Numbered from the stretch's first letter, positions 20,385-31,606 are shown. The stretch is 64,000 nucleotides of DNA from Candidatus Poribacteria bacterium (GCA_003635315.1 PYJD01000023.1:134502-198501); one strand, 5' to 3'. Program-made: numbers and translations. The notes: a model not told the origin generated them from the sequence alone.

Positions 20385-21395
20385 GTGACCAAACTCAATA
20401 CCCTTCTTCAAAATATTGCACAGATACCCAAAGTAGAAATTGGACATTTCCCAACTCCGCTTGAGGAGTGTCCACGCTTATCAGAGGTTTTGGGTGGTCC
20501 GCGCATTTTTATCAAAAGAGAGGATTGTTCAGGATTAGCATTTGGGGGGAATAAAGTAAGACAGTTGACCTTTACCATAGGTGAAGCAGTCCACCAAGGG
20601 GCAGATACCATCGTCCACGGTGCAGCTTCACAATCAAATCATTGTAGACAAGCCGCTGCTGCATGTGGAAAACTCGGTTTAAATTGTTATCTCAGATTAT
20701 CACGAGACCATAAGAGTATTCTACAAGGGAATCTGTTATTAGATAATCTAACTGGGGCTGACATTGAAATCGTTGATGTTCCATTTGGTACAGAATTAGA
20801 GAAACATAAATACGATTTAGCAGAAACATTAAAAACACAAGGTCTAAAACCTTATGTAATCGCTTCACCTCGTTCAACAGCACTCGCTGCTGTTGCTTTC
20901 ACTTGGTGTATCACTGAAATCTATCAGCAGCAAGAACAATTAGGGATAGAGGCTGATTGGATATATACCTCCTCTGTAGGAGGAACTCAGGCAGGATTAG
21001 TTCTTGGAACGAAAGTTCTTGATATGAAAATGAAACCCTATGCCTGTGCACCAATACACTGGGAAGGCAAGATTGATCGTATACGAGAGGCTGGGAATTC
21101 TGCTGCGTCCATTCTCAATTTGGATACACAGGTTTCTGATTCAGATATTCTTAACACTGATGATTACATTGGCTCAGGATATGGATACCTTACTCCTGAG
21201 TGTATTGCAGCATTACGTTTAGTTGCCAACAGTGAAGGGATTATCCTTGATCCAGTTTATACTGCTAAGGCGATGGCGTGTCTTATTGACCATATTAAAG
21301 CCGGTAAGTTCAGTAAAGAGGACGTTGTTATTTTTCTACATACGGGTGGAACACCAGCTTTATTTGCCTATAATGATGAGTTGACCAACACCTAA
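20385..21395 (+). CDS. dcyD: PLP-dependent D-cysteine desulfhydrase / ACC deaminase family protein
   Basis: N-terminus FPTPLEECPRLSEVLGGPRIFIKREDCSGLAFGGNKVRQLTF...GADTIVHGAASQSNHCRQAAAAC parallels E. coli DcyD (PTPLEYLPRFS...IKRDD...GGNKLRKLEF...GAIQSNHVRQTA). Confidence 0.8.
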   Translation: MTKLNTLLQNIAQIPKVEIGHFPTPLEECPRLSEVLGGPRIFIKREDCSGLAFGGNKVRQLTFTIGEAVHQGADTIVHGAASQSNHCRQAAAACGKLGLNCYLRLSRDHKSILQGNLLLDNLTGADIEIVDVPFGTELEKHKYDLAETLKTQGLKPYVIASPRSTALAAVAFTWCITEIYQQQEQLGIEADWIYTSSVGGTQAGLVLGTKVLDMKMKPYACAPIHWEGKIDRIREAGNSAASILNLDTQVSDSDILNTDDYIGSGYGYLTPECIAALRLVANSEGIILDPVYTAKAMACLIDHIKAGKFSKEDVVIFLHTGGTPALFAYNDELTNT

Positions 21396-21433
21396 ATAAA
21401 TTTCCTTACAATAACCTACCTACTTACCCATAA

Positions 21434-22219
21434 TTAATCTGAATATTTTTCATAATGTATAAACTCTGTGGCTTTCATCCTTACAGAATTTACTTCATCA
21501 GTATTTATATAACCCAACCTTAATAGTGTCATTATTTCATGGTTGTCAGCAAAATTGAATAACTTTCGTATTTTGTCTCGATCTTCTTCACTTTCCAACG
21601 GAGCACTAATAAACTGAATACCGATATCTAAGGATGAGGCTGCCAAGAGCATATTCTGTATAAACATCCCAACGCTTAACCACATCCATCGAGTTCCTCC
21701 ATCCCCAGGGGGACGCCGTTCTGTATTCATAACAACCAATATCAATACGGGGGATTCTTTAACTTGTGCTGCAATTTCTTTTGCCGGCATCTTACCTATT
21801 CCTAAATGACCCAATATACTTAATGAACTAATATTGTTTAATAAGGTTCTTAGGATATTACCTGTTAATTTCTTAGGAAGTGTATCAAATAATTTGGGTA
21901 ATGAGACATGGTCACTTAAAAGAACTCCATCACCACGAGTGTGCCATTCCTCATTTGAGGTACACATCCAACGTGCATTGTCTTCCAAAAATTGTTTGTC
22001 TTTAAATTGTTCTATTATCGCTTGTTCAGTTAGGTCGGCAAGTTCAAATTTACTCTGTTCCTCACGAATAATTAATAATTCCCACGGTTGTACATTAAAT
22101 GGAGATGGTGCCCATCGTGCAGCTTCTATTATCTTTTCTAAGTCCATTTCCTCAATGGGAGAATCCGTAAACTCACCACGATGACTTCGGCGGTTCATGA
22201 TTACTTCAAAAACGTCCAT
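21434..22219 (-). CDS. Nitroreductase-family oxidoreductase
   Basis: N-terminal IMNRRSHRGEFTDSPIEEMDLEKIIEAARWAPSPFNVQPWELLII is the nitroreductase RRSxR...AP..N.QPW signature. It overlaps the upstream kinase gene by 14 nt, so the two likely form an operon. Confidence 0.7.
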   Translation of the reverse strand: MDVFEVIMNRRSHRGEFTDSPIEEMDLEKIIEAARWAPSPFNVQPWELLIIREEQSKFELADLTEQAIIEQFKDKQFLEDNARWMCTSNEEWHTRGDGVLLSDHVSLPKLFDTLPKKLTGNILRTLLNNISSLSILGHLGIGKMPAKEIAAQVKESPVLILVVMNTERRPPGDGGTRWMWLSVGMFIQNMLLAASSLDIGIQFISAPLESEEDRDKIRKLFNFADNHEIMTLLRLGYINTDEVNSVRMKATEFIHYEKYSD

Positions 22220-23252
22220 TTAAGCTCCTATGCTTCTCAAGTAATTCTTCTGGTGATGCTGTTCCAGTGGTGCCAATCTTTGTAACTGTAATTGATGCAA
22301 CTAAATTTCCAATATAGGCAGCCTTAATTACCGCATCCCTTCCTAAACAACATAGCGTTGATACAAGTCCTGCTGATACACTATCCCCCGCACCAACAGG
22401 ATCTACTTTATCCTTACTCTCATTTCCCGCAATATGTGTAAAGACTTCTTTGTTATAGACAAGGATACCATTATCACCGAGTGTTATGTAAACAGTTCTT
22501 TTTGTATTTTCGGTCAGACTGATTGCTGCTTGTTTTGTAGATTCAATATCTACTTTCTTCAAATCACAATTCGGATCTACAGCACGAGCAGCTTCAAATC
22601 GATTCGGTTTGATAATTACATCTGTATATTCACCAATACGTGTCCGAGAATCTGCAAAGAAAATCTTATCAGGATATTTATCCCCTAAATTACACAATTC
22701 TTCTCGTACATTGCTTGTTATTACACCCAAATTCTCAATTGGCATCTGATCACCGATTATAATTCCATCAACCAGAGGAACGAAATTATGTAGGGTAGTT
22801 ATTAAGTTATCCTCTACTTTCTTGTTAAACGGTACGGTGTTCTCAATATCAAATCGGGGACCTTCTGTCTCTATTCCTTCAATACCACGGTGTATAGGTT
22901 TCAAGTATGTTGGAGTTACCCAATTCGTCTCTTCAATCATCTTGTCTGTAATACAACCTGTATCTTGAAGGCATGTCAGTAAAGTCCTACCAAAATTATC
23001 ATTACCAATTACACCTAAGGTATAAACTGTCCCAACCCCTAAACCCTTCAAATTATTCGTAACTGTTCCTGCTGCACCGGGACTGTAGAACTGTTCGCTT
23101 ACAGGATTAGTATGCCAAGGGGTTTCCAATGATAAGGTTGAACGTGTTTTATCTATATACCAATATGCATCAAGATAGAAATCTCCTACTACTAAGATCT
23201 TTAGATCCTGAAATTTTGATAGTAGACGGGTTAATTCTGATTCACTGAGCAA
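22206..23252 (-). CDS. PfkB-family sugar kinase resembling HldE/RfaE domain I (D-glycero-beta-D-manno-heptose-7-phosphate kinase)
   Basis: KILVVGDFYLDAYWYID resembles the RfaE/HldE start (VLVVGDVMLDRYWYG). C-terminal DPVGAGDSVSAGL is the PfkB signature. Confidence 0.65.
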   Translation of the reverse strand: MLSESELTRLLSKFQDLKILVVGDFYLDAYWYIDKTRSTLSLETPWHTNPVSEQFYSPGAAGTVTNNLKGLGVGTVYTLGVIGNDNFGRTLLTCLQDTGCITDKMIEETNWVTPTYLKPIHRGIEGIETEGPRFDIENTVPFNKKVEDNLITTLHNFVPLVDGIIIGDQMPIENLGVITSNVREELCNLGDKYPDKIFFADSRTRIGEYTDVIIKPNRFEAARAVDPNCDLKKVDIESTKQAAISLTENTKRTVYITLGDNGILVYNKEVFTHIAGNESKDKVDPVGAGDSVSAGLVSTLCCLGRDAVIKAAYIGNLVASITVTKIGTTGTASPEELLEKHRSLNGRF

Positions 23253-23780
23253 AGTACTTCTCCATTAAGAACATATTTGCACGACAATTATAATGGGTAA
23301 TCGGAATAAACTATTTTGGTATTGACGATTAAGATCCTATTTATGGCTGACATATGAACCAATAAACTAATGTTATACCGTTTCTGATATATTACGAATC
23401 TCTTTTGTAGCATAAACTTTTAGTTTGTGCCGCACAACTCTTCATTTATAGCTATCGCTAATGGGGAAAAAAATAATAGAAAGGGTATTAGAAGGAAATA
23501 CCCATCACTATTTTCAATCATATATCTCGTTCACCGTTGTAAAGGTAGGATCCATTAAATTAAGAATACATTATTTTCTTATCAATCTAACAGTATTATA
23601 GCATATTGTCATTCATCAAGAATTAATATTTCATCGACTTTACAGGATTACTTCGTATACAGAATAAGAGTAAAACAAGAGCACTATCCTATTCTTTAGA
23701 CTTCTCAAAATTTGCAATACCTCCCTTTTCATGTTAAAATATACCATCAATTATTTATGCAAACAGTATGGAGTAAGTTA

Positions 23781-24833
23781 ATGTATAAAATCGGTCTCAT
23801 TCCTGGAGACGGAATAGGCCCCGAAGTCACACGCGAGGCAATGAAAGTATTCGGGGCTGCAGCAGAACAAGAAGGTATTAAATATGAAACCGTTGAATAT
23901 GATGTCGGAGGAGACCGATATCTTGCAACTGGCGAAGTGTTACCTGAATCAGTTTTAGAAGAATTACGTGGACTTGATGCAATTTATTTAGGGGCAATCG
24001 GACATCCAGATGTTAAACCCGGTATATTAGAAAAGGGAATCTTACTAAAGGTACGGTTCGAACTTGATCTGTATATAAACCTACGGCCTGTTAAACTATA
24101 CCCAGGGGTTCCAACTCCATTAAAGGATAAAGGTCCTGAAGATATAGACTTTATTATCGTTAGAGAAAACACTGAAGGATTATATGCTGGAATCGGTGGT
24201 TTCCTAAAACGTGGAACAAAAGATGAAGTAGTAATCCAAGAAATGATTAACACATATAAAGGTGTTGAACGATGTGTCAGATATGCATTTGAGTTGACGC
24301 AAAAGAGAAACAAAGAAAACACACTTACACTGTGCGACAAGGCAAACGTTCTAACCTATGCACACGATCTGTGGAGACGCGTTTTTGATGAGGTCGCAGA
24401 AGACTATACGGATATCAAGAAAGAATATGCTTTTGTTGATGCTATCACGATGTGGATGGTGAAGAATCCTGAATGGTTCGACGTAATTGTTACATGTAAT
24501 ATGTTTGGAGACATCATTACCGACCTTGGCGCAATGATTCAAGGTGGAATGGGTGTCGCTGCTTCCGGTAATCTCAATCCAGAGAGTGTTGCTATGTTTG
24601 AACCCATTCATGGATCCGCGCCACGATATACAGGTAAGAATCAAATAAATCCAATTGCTGCTGTTGGTGCAGCTGGTATGATGTTAGACCATCTTGGACA
24701 CTATGATGCTGCCAAAAAAGTAGAAAATTCTGTTAGTAGTTTGCTCGCAAGTGGCAAAATTAAAGACCTTGGTGCAGGACGAATGGGGTATACAACTGAA
24801 GAAGTTGGAGATCTAATCGTACAAGGATTGTAA
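23781..24833 (+). CDS. Isocitrate/isopropylmalate dehydrogenase-family enzyme (LeuB / tartrate-dehydrogenase-like)
   Basis: [17 protein letters not shown]-terminus, [10 protein letters not shown], and [30 protein letters not shown]-terminal motif. ATG at 23781 with GGAGTAAG RBS; the ORF-track start at 23712 is probably over-extended. Confidence 0.8.
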   Translation: MYKIGLIPGDGIGPEVTREAMKVFGAAAEQEGIKYETVEYDVGGDRYLATGEVLPESVLEELRGLDAIYLGAIGHPDVKPGILEKGILLKVRFELDLYINLRPVKLYPGVPTPLKDKGPEDIDFIIVRENTEGLYAGIGGFLKRGTKDEVVIQEMINTYKGVERCVRYAFELTQKRNKENTLTLCDKANVLTYAHDLWRRVFDEVAEDYTDIKKEYAFVDAITMWMVKNPEWFDVIVTCNMFGDIITDLGAMIQGGMGVAASGNLNPESVAMFEPIHGSAPRYTGKNQINPIAAVGAAGMMLDHLGHYDAAKKVENSVSSLLASGKIKDLGAGRMGYTTEEVGDLIVQGL

Positions 24834-24866
24834 GGTACACTATAAAAACGAATGTGGATGTATACA

Positions 24867-25625
24867 TTAAACCAATTGGGCTGTAAAGTTAATTCGATCA
24901 GAATTACGTGTCCATCTATTGAAGGTATACATATCATACGCACTTAACAACTTATATCCTGAAGATACAAGTAATTCGTTTACAGTTGCCACATCGAAAA
25001 TCCTTTGATTGTGTATCTCTTCATACCTTCTAAATACATCTCCTTCTTTTATAAAGAAGGTCAAAAATGTTCGACACAATTTGGAGTGGTGGAGATAGTT
25101 ATTCTTCCAAATATATGAGTAATCCTCGTGGTTCTCCGAAAACGTCTTATTATGAAAGTGTTCTACGATGTTCCGTTCGGTTGTCACATCAAAAATGAAA
25201 AGACCGTCAGGTTGAAGATGGGAGGATATGGAGTTAAATGTGCTACATAGTTCATCTTCATTACAGGCATAGTTGATACTGTCGTAGGTACAAAGGATTG
25301 CATCAAACCTATCATTTAAATCTATATCAAGCATATCCCCTTGATGAAATGTAATACTCAATTCTTGATCGGCAGCTTTCTGCCGTGCTATTTCTAACAT
25401 ACCTGATGCTCTATCGATTCCAGTCATTTCATATCCTTTGGCAGCTAAGAGCAGTGTTAATGTTCCTGTACCACATGCCACATCAAGAATCTTATTCGGT
25501 TTTGAACCGTATTTTTCAAAGATTGATTCAATATATTGCATCCAACGTGGATAATTCACATTCTTCATCATCCTATCGTAAGCATAAGAAAACTTCTCGT
25601 AGGGTGGTGTAATTTGTAGGGACAT
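24867..25625 (-). CDS. Class I SAM-dependent methyltransferase
   Basis: Motif I ILDVACGTGTLTLLLAAKGYEMTGIDRASGMLEIARQK. Confidence 0.8.
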   Translation of the reverse strand: MSLQITPPYEKFSYAYDRMMKNVNYPRWMQYIESIFEKYGSKPNKILDVACGTGTLTLLLAAKGYEMTGIDRASGMLEIARQKAADQELSITFHQGDMLDIDLNDRFDAILCTYDSINYACNEDELCSTFNSISSHLQPDGLFIFDVTTERNIVEHFHNKTFSENHEDYSYIWKNNYLHHSKLCRTFLTFFIKEGDVFRRYEEIHNQRIFDVATVNELLVSSGYKLLSAYDMYTFNRWTRNSDRINFTAQLV

Positions 25626-25628
25626 TAA

Positions 25629-26051
25629 TCACTCTGTTTCCTGTTTGAAACCGACTGAAGCATTAAGGATCTGTAACAGATTGTTAATCTCATCCGCTTC
25701 CCAAGTCTCATCTTCATTTGCAACTATAGCATATTCACCAGCAGCTTTTAATTTTCGTAAATCTAATTGTCCTGTGATAAAACTAAATGGCAATTGAGTG
25801 AAACGCATTTTAACTCGTTCAAATGTATTAACGATAAATTCACGATTAACCCCATCTGGAGCTTGCCTTACCATACCATCTTTGAGCATTTCTGTACCAA
25901 AACCAAATAATGCTTGTATAATAAACCACTGTATAATTGACAGAAAAACCATGAAAAATAGTAATATCGTTAATGCCTTCGTAATATGCCTTTTCCAATT
26001 TCGATTTTGAGTACTCATGCTTAGTTCCTTAGATAGTTTATAGTCATACAA
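25629..26051 (-). CDS. Small membrane protein of unknown function (one TM helix), immediately upstream of the methyltransferase
   Basis: Hydrophobic helix ALTILLFFMVFLSIIQWFIIQALFGFG. Its stop lies 3 nt before the methyltransferase start. Confidence 0.4.
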   Translation of the reverse strand: MYDYKLSKELSMSTQNRNWKRHITKALTILLFFMVFLSIIQWFIIQALFGFGTEMLKDGMVRQAPDGVNREFIVNTFERVKMRFTQLPFSFITGQLDLRKLKAAGEYAIVANEDETWEADEINNLLQILNASVGFKQETE

Positions 26052-26194
26052 TTCATGGAAATATTACCATTATCTCAGAATGTAGTCAAATACAAATCAT
26101 TGTAATAAATTTTCGTATCAAATTATATTCGTAATGTTACTGTAATTAAGTGATTCTCACATACCAAGGTTTTATAAACAGAAAAATAAGTAAG

Positions 26195-27310
26195 ATGAAA
26201 ATAGGAATTGTTGGCCGTCCACATGTAGGTAAGACCACTGTCTTTAATGCACTTGCAAGATCGAATGCTGAAATTGGTGGTTATACGGGTAATAAAAAAA
26301 TGAATCTTAGTACTGTTCCCATCCCTGATGATAGACTAAGTCAGTTAGTTCCAATTTTTGGGGCAGATAATATAATAAACGCAACTATTGATTATGTTGA
26401 TGGTGGAGGAACAGAATTTGCAAATATAAAAACGGATGTTGATTCATCCAATCTATCAGAATTAGATAGTGCTTTCTTGGCTGAATTACGTACTGTTGAT
26501 TCACTCGCACATGTTGTTAGAATATTTGAGGATGATAGTATTCCACATGTTGACGGTACAATAGATCCTGAAAGAGATATTGATACTGTAAATATAGAAT
26601 TCATAATGTCTGACCTGCAAATTATACTTGGTAGATTGGAAAGACTTGAAAAACAACTAAAGAATCAGAAAACACAAGAACTTCTAAATGAATTTCGTAT
26701 TTTAGAAAAATGTAAAGATTCCTTAGAAGAGGGGATCCCCTTACGTTCTCTCACCATATCAGAAAATGATGAGAAAATAATTCGTGGATATGGTTTTTTA
26801 ACCTTGAAACCGTTATTAATTATCTGCAATATAGGAGAAAAACAATTACAATACTCTGAGGAACTTATAAATCCTATTTTAAAATATGAAGAACAAGATC
26901 ATACCGCTGTTATTGTACTGGCAGCACAATTAGAGATGGAAATCGCACAACTCGATGCTGAAGATGCCGCTATATTCTTATCTGAAATGGGTTTGAATAA
27001 TTCCGCTTTAGATAGGTTTATACATACATCATATAATTTAATGGGATTGATTACCTTTTTCACGGGTGGACCAAAAGAAGTACGGGCATGGACGCTAAAA
27101 AGTGGACAAACTGCAGTTGAAGCAGCAGGTCTAATTCATACAGATTTTGCACAAGGTTTTATAAGAGCTGAATGTATAAATTGGAAGGATTTAGTGAGTT
27201 CTCAAGGATTCACACAAGCAAAGAATAAAGGTATGTTAAGGGCTGAAGGGAAAGCATATATTGTTCAAGAAGGTGATGTGATAAATATCTTAGCAAATGC
27301 CATAAATTGA
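26195..27310 (+). CDS. ychF: Ribosome-binding ATPase YchF (Obg-family GTPase/ATPase)
   Basis: MKIGIVGRPHVGKTTVFNAL P-loop; C-terminal TGS-domain region GFIRAECINWKDL. Confidence 0.9.
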   Translation: MKIGIVGRPHVGKTTVFNALARSNAEIGGYTGNKKMNLSTVPIPDDRLSQLVPIFGADNIINATIDYVDGGGTEFANIKTDVDSSNLSELDSAFLAELRTVDSLAHVVRIFEDDSIPHVDGTIDPERDIDTVNIEFIMSDLQIILGRLERLEKQLKNQKTQELLNEFRILEKCKDSLEEGIPLRSLTISENDEKIIRGYGFLTLKPLLIICNIGEKQLQYSEELINPILKYEEQDHTAVIVLAAQLEMEIAQLDAEDAAIFLSEMGLNNSALDRFIHTSYNLMGLITFFTGGPKEVRAWTLKSGQTAVEAAGLIHTDFAQGFIRAECINWKDLVSSQGFTQAKNKGMLRAEGKAYIVQEGDVINILANAIN

Positions 27311-27338
27311 ATTCGTCACATTCAATAATTAACGATTA

Positions 27339-27995
27339 CTATTGATGGCTTTTATCCTTGGATAATCTTGTTATTGCATCTATCATCCGAATTCCCATCT
27401 GTTGATACATTTCACGTTTTACTTCTGTTTCCACTATTTCAGAAAAATCAATTGGTTCACCAAATGAGACCGAAAGTTTCGCTCTACGTAAACGCCTGCT
27501 CCCACGAGGTAACATTTTTTGTACACCACTATGGTAAACTGGAATTGTAGGTACATTCGCACGATGAGCAATAAAACACGCACCATCATTTGTTTTTCCT
27601 AATGTTCCATCAGCACTACGCGTTCCTTCTGGAAACATAAGAACAGCATTACCTGCCTTCAATAGTGAGATTGTCCTTCTTAACGCACCCAAGTCCGGCG
27701 CCCATCTATTAACAGGAAAAGCATTATAAGCTGTGATTATTTTACCCAAAAGAGGCACTTTAAAAACATCACTACGTGCCATGAAATGTACCTCACGATT
27801 TACCGCTGAACCTACAATTACTGGATCTAATAGACTAATATGGTTAGATACAATTAATACACCACCTTCGTTAGGTATATTATCCACACCACTTACTTTC
27901 ATATTACCCATGATCTTAAAAAAGAGTCTTGTCAGTCGGTGACTCCACCTGTATAGACGACGTGGGAGGTAGGTTGCATATTTTGTGTAATCCAT
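27339..27995 (-). CDS. plsC: 1-acyl-sn-glycerol-3-phosphate acyltransferase
   Basis: HxxxxD motif NHISLLDP; FPEGTRS motif. Confidence 0.85.
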   Translation of the reverse strand: MDYTKYATYLPRRLYRWSHRLTRLFFKIMGNMKVSGVDNIPNEGGVLIVSNHISLLDPVIVGSAVNREVHFMARSDVFKVPLLGKIITAYNAFPVNRWAPDLGALRRTISLLKAGNAVLMFPEGTRSADGTLGKTNDGACFIAHRANVPTIPVYHSGVQKMLPRGSRRLRRAKLSVSFGEPIDFSEIVETEVKREMYQQMGIRMIDAITRLSKDKSHQ

Positions 27996-28021
27996 AGTAA
28001 AACCTATATTAGCTAACGATG

Positions 28022-28720
28022 CTAATCCTTCTTTTCAGTTCTATGTTGGTAATTTTCGGTTGAAACCTTAGAAATTATATAATCTACCACTTCATCTATG
28101 GTCTTGCCAGTTGTATCCACACGGATAGCATCTTGAGAGGTACGAAGGGGACTATGCTCTCTTGTGGTGTCCTTCTCATCTCGTGTACGTATTGCCTCTT
28201 CTACAAATTCCAATGTAGTATTCACGTTTTGTGACTGAAGTTCTTCATACCGGCGTTTTGCTCTTTCCTTTACGGATGCATCAAGGTAGAATTTATAATC
28301 GGCATCTGGAAAAACGATGGTCGTCAGATCCCTTCCTTCTGCAATGATACTTCCTTCCTCTCCAATTCTCCTCTGGTGTCGAACTATTTCTATCCGAATT
28401 TGCTGTATTTTCGCAATATCCGCTACTAAGGTATTTACTTCGGGGGTACGTATCTGGGTAGAAATGTCCTCGGAATTGAGAAATATCGATTTTCCATTTT
28501 CACTAAATTCGATATGACAGTTTTTTACCAATTTAATGAGTTCCGGGATATTCGTTTCAACTCCATTTTCGATTGCTAAAACTGTAACGGCTCTATACAT
28601 TGCTCCTGAATCAAGATACAACAAGCCGAGTTTTTCTGCAACTTTCTGAGCAACTGTACTCTTACCAGATCCCGCAGGACCATCCATCGCAATCTTTATA
28701 TGATTAACAGGTTTCTTCAT
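28022..28720 (-). CDS. cmk: Cytidylate kinase
   Basis: IAMDGPAGSGKSTVAQKVAEKLGLLYLDSGAMYRAVT is the classic Cmk N-terminus. Confidence 0.9.
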   Translation of the reverse strand: MKKPVNHIKIAMDGPAGSGKSTVAQKVAEKLGLLYLDSGAMYRAVTVLAIENGVETNIPELIKLVKNCHIEFSENGKSIFLNSEDISTQIRTPEVNTLVADIAKIQQIRIEIVRHQRRIGEEGSIIAEGRDLTTIVFPDADYKFYLDASVKERAKRRYEELQSQNVNTTLEFVEEAIRTRDEKDTTREHSPLRTSQDAIRVDTTGKTIDEVVDYIISKVSTENYQHRTEKKD

Positions 28721-28728
28721 TTATAAAA

Positions 28729-29652
28729 TTATACCATTTTCTCTTTCACAGTTGTTACTGCTTCACTCAGAATACGGTCTATTTCAACATTATCATTAGA
28801 TCTAAGTAGGTCTTTTAAGTCAGTTAATCTATTCACAAAATCATCTATTAATGAAATCATTACTTGATTATTATGCATAAAAATACCAGTCCACAAATCA
28901 GGTGAACCGGCAGCAATACGCGTCGTATCGCGAAATCCTGTGGCAGTAAAATCCAATGCTCTACCATTTGGAGTTATAACATCTGCTACTGTGTTTGTTA
29001 GGAGACTCGCGATTAAATGGGGAAAATGACTCGCCGCACCAATCAGTAAATCATGGACTTCAGGTGAACATTCATGAGTCTGGGATCCAACAAAATTCCA
29101 CAAATCTCTAATTCTATTCAGGGAATGTTCATCAGTAGCTTCTGTTGGTGTGATGATACATTTCGCTCCTTCAAACATGTTGTGTTTTGCTGATTTAACA
29201 CCCCTTTCATGTGATCCTGCCATCGGATGACCACCAACGAAAGATACGGTATCTGAATTTAAGGATTCTAATTCTCTTTCAATAGTTCTTACTAACGAGG
29301 ATTTTGTACTTCCTACATCGGTTATTAAAGTGTGTCTATTTTGGGTCTGTTGAAATTTCGCTATCTGTAGAACATTATCTGGAACAATACTAACGGGTGT
29401 ACATAATACTATTAACTCACTCTCAAAAATCCCTTCTTGAATATCGGTAGTTATTGAGTCAACAGCATCAAGGTCTAAGGCAACTTGTAAACGTTCTAAG
29501 TTTCTACCTAAACCTACCAGTTTTCCTTTGAATCCATTCCTTTTTAACGCTAAACCAAGCGATCCACCTATTAATCCAACACCCCATATAGTTAGACAGT
29601 TTATCTCGTCTATATATCGGGAATTGTGATTTGGTTTTCGACCAGTAGTCAT
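28729..29652 (-). CDS. tyrA: Prephenate/arogenate dehydrogenase
   Basis: Rossmann motif LTIWGVGLIGGSLGLAL and a TyrA-like fold. tyrA, cmk and plsC are co-directional and probably form an operon. Confidence 0.75.
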   Translation of the reverse strand: MTTGRKPNHNSRYIDEINCLTIWGVGLIGGSLGLALKRNGFKGKLVGLGRNLERLQVALDLDAVDSITTDIQEGIFESELIVLCTPVSIVPDNVLQIAKFQQTQNRHTLITDVGSTKSSLVRTIERELESLNSDTVSFVGGHPMAGSHERGVKSAKHNMFEGAKCIITPTEATDEHSLNRIRDLWNFVGSQTHECSPEVHDLLIGAASHFPHLIASLLTNTVADVITPNGRALDFTATGFRDTTRIAAGSPDLWTGIFMHNNQVMISLIDDFVNRLTDLKDLLRSNDNVEIDRILSEAVTTVKEKMV

Positions 29653-29876
29653 AAGGTTGAATCCGATTTTCCATTTATCAAATTCTAAGGTATAAAAACG
29701 CTTCTGTCAAGTTAAAAGATTCCACAGATAATACATAGAATAGCTTATTTCTAATACAATTTCTAAATGAGATTTTCTCTTTTTATGCATGTCTTTTAGG
29801 TTGTACGGTATTACATGCCATCCCACATAAACCAGAAGTACAACTCTATTTCTCAGAAATCACCTTATAATTACTC

Positions 29877-29912
29877 TTCTTGTAGGTTGGGTTGAGGCAC
29901 GAAACCCAACAG
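29877..29912. repeat. Small palindromic element (cttgtagg + 8-bp-stem hairpin GTTGGGTT-gaggcacgaa-AACCCAAC); same family as 38222/38326
   Basis: cttgtaggttgggttgaggcacgaaacccaac here versus cttgtaggtcgggtagaggaacgaaacccgac twice at 38.2-38.4 kb. Confidence 0.6.
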
Positions 29913-30334
29913 TATACTCTATTGACACACTGGTGAATCAATAAGTTCACGTATAGACACCTGCCACCCCTTTGGGAACAGACGCATTAACTATACCCAA
30001 TCCGTCCTGCTGGTGTTATGTCTACACCTAAGAATAGGAACGAATTCCTTAATTGACACCAATTTGGTTTAATCTTAGGTATTACCTTACTCTGATTTTA
30101 TCTACATCAAATACTTAGATGATGACATATAAGCATGATATAATTCAATATAGGTACTTGTATGAGTCATTCAACACAACATGTGGTTTAATTTATACAA
30201 TAATTAATAAACTAATTCCTATAATATCAGTAATTGTAACAAGAAAGTCATTGGCATCGTTTATGCAAAATAAAAGTATAAAACATCAAACGATAACAAT
30301 TATAATATATACGGGTACATAAATAGAGGAAAAA

Positions 30335-31606
30335 ATGGAAAAATTCATTGTCAATGGCGGAACAAGACTTGAAGGGAAAATACAGATTGGCGGTTCAAAG
30401 AACGCAGTTCTTCCAATCGCTGTTGCTGCTGCTATTCTGGGAGATAGTACGACTGTATTAAACAATGTGCCAAATCTAACTGATGTACGCACATTAAGTG
30501 CTGTATTAGAAGGACTTGGAGCAACAACAAAATTAAAGAATTCTACACTATGTATTGAACCAATCAATCGTCTGGAATATGAAGCACCCTATGATTTAGT
30601 ACGTAAGATGAGAGCTTCAATTTATGTACTCGGTCCACTCGTTGCAAAACTTGGTCGCGCAAAGGTGTCTTTTCCTGGAGGATGTGCAATTGGTCCTCGA
30701 CCGGTGGATTTACATATCCGCGGTCTAACACATTTGGGAGCACAAGTAGACGTAAAAGAAGGTTATATTTATGCACAAGCAAGGAAATTAATCGGTACAG
30801 ATATAGATTTAATCGGACAACATGGTCCAAGTGTCGGGGCTACCGCAAACGTTATGATGGCTGCCACTTTAGCTGAAGGAACTACTGTAATTAATGGGGC
30901 TGCACGAGAACCACATATTACTGACCTTGCAAACTTCCTGATTGCAATGGGTGCTGATATTGATGGTATCGGAACTGACACCTTAAGTATTCATGGTGTT
31001 AAACAATTACATGGTACAGAATATGATGTCATTTCTGATGATATTGAGGCAGGGACATTTATGGTGGCAAGTGCCATTACCAATGGAAATGTCTATATTG
31101 AGGGTATTACACAAGAGCAACTTCCTGCTGTCTCAACCAAATTAACTGAAATGGGTGTGGATTTAGATTGGGATGAACAGGGTGTTAGAGTAACCACACC
31201 ACGACAACTAAAAGCTGTTAATGTCAAAACTGTTCCATTTCCAGGCTTTCCTACTGATATGCAAGCACAAATTATGGGTTTATTATGTCTCGCTTCTGGT
31301 ACAAGTACTATTACTGAAAATGTACATACCGATAGATATATCCATACCGCTGAACTGAATAGAATGGGGGCTGACATCAGACTTGATGGACGCAAAGCAA
31401 TCATAAATGGTGTTTCATCTCTCAGTGGTGCACCCGTTATGGCTTCTGATCTACGCGCTGGAGCAGTACTCGTTATTGCTGGGATGGCAGCTATTGGAGA
31501 GACCGTTGTCTCAAGAATATACCATATTGATAGAGGATACGAAGCAATTGAAGAAAAATTAAATAGTATTGGCGCTAAAATAAAAAGGATAGATGATACT
31601 AATTAA
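30335..31606 (+). CDS. murA: UDP-N-acetylglucosamine 1-carboxyvinyltransferase
   Basis: MEKFIVNGGTRLEGKIQIGGSKNAVLPI N-terminus; 423 aa. Confidence 0.9.
   Translation: MEKFIVNGGTRLEGKIQIGGSKNAVLPIAVAAAILGDSTTVLNNVPNLTDVRTLSAVLEGLGATTKLKNSTLCIEPINRLEYEAPYDLVRKMRASIYVLGPLVAKLGRAKVSFPGGCAIGPRPVDLHIRGLTHLGAQVDVKEGYIYAQARKLIGTDIDLIGQHGPSVGATANVMMAATLAEGTTVINGAAREPHITDLANFLIAMGADIDGIGTDTLSIHGVKQLHGTEYDVISDDIEAGTFMVASAITNGNVYIEGITQEQLPAVSTKLTEMGVDLDWDEQGVRVTTPRQLKAVNVKTVPFPGFPTDMQAQIMGLLCLASGTSTITENVHTDRYIHTAELNRMGADIRLDGRKAIINGVSSLSGAPVMASDLRAGAVLVIAGMAAIGETVVSRIYHIDRGYEAIEEKLNSIGAKIKRIDDTN

Noticed and set aside
29653-30334. Looked for tRNA or rRNA genes in this and other long intergenic regions (18323-18774, 23253-23780, 37865-40032, 55002-55385, 57100-58140)
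   Set aside because: No T-arm/acceptor-stem hallmark sequences (GGTTCGAATCC-like) and no cloverleaf-compatible segments were found by eye. A tRNAscan or Infernal run would be needed to be certain.
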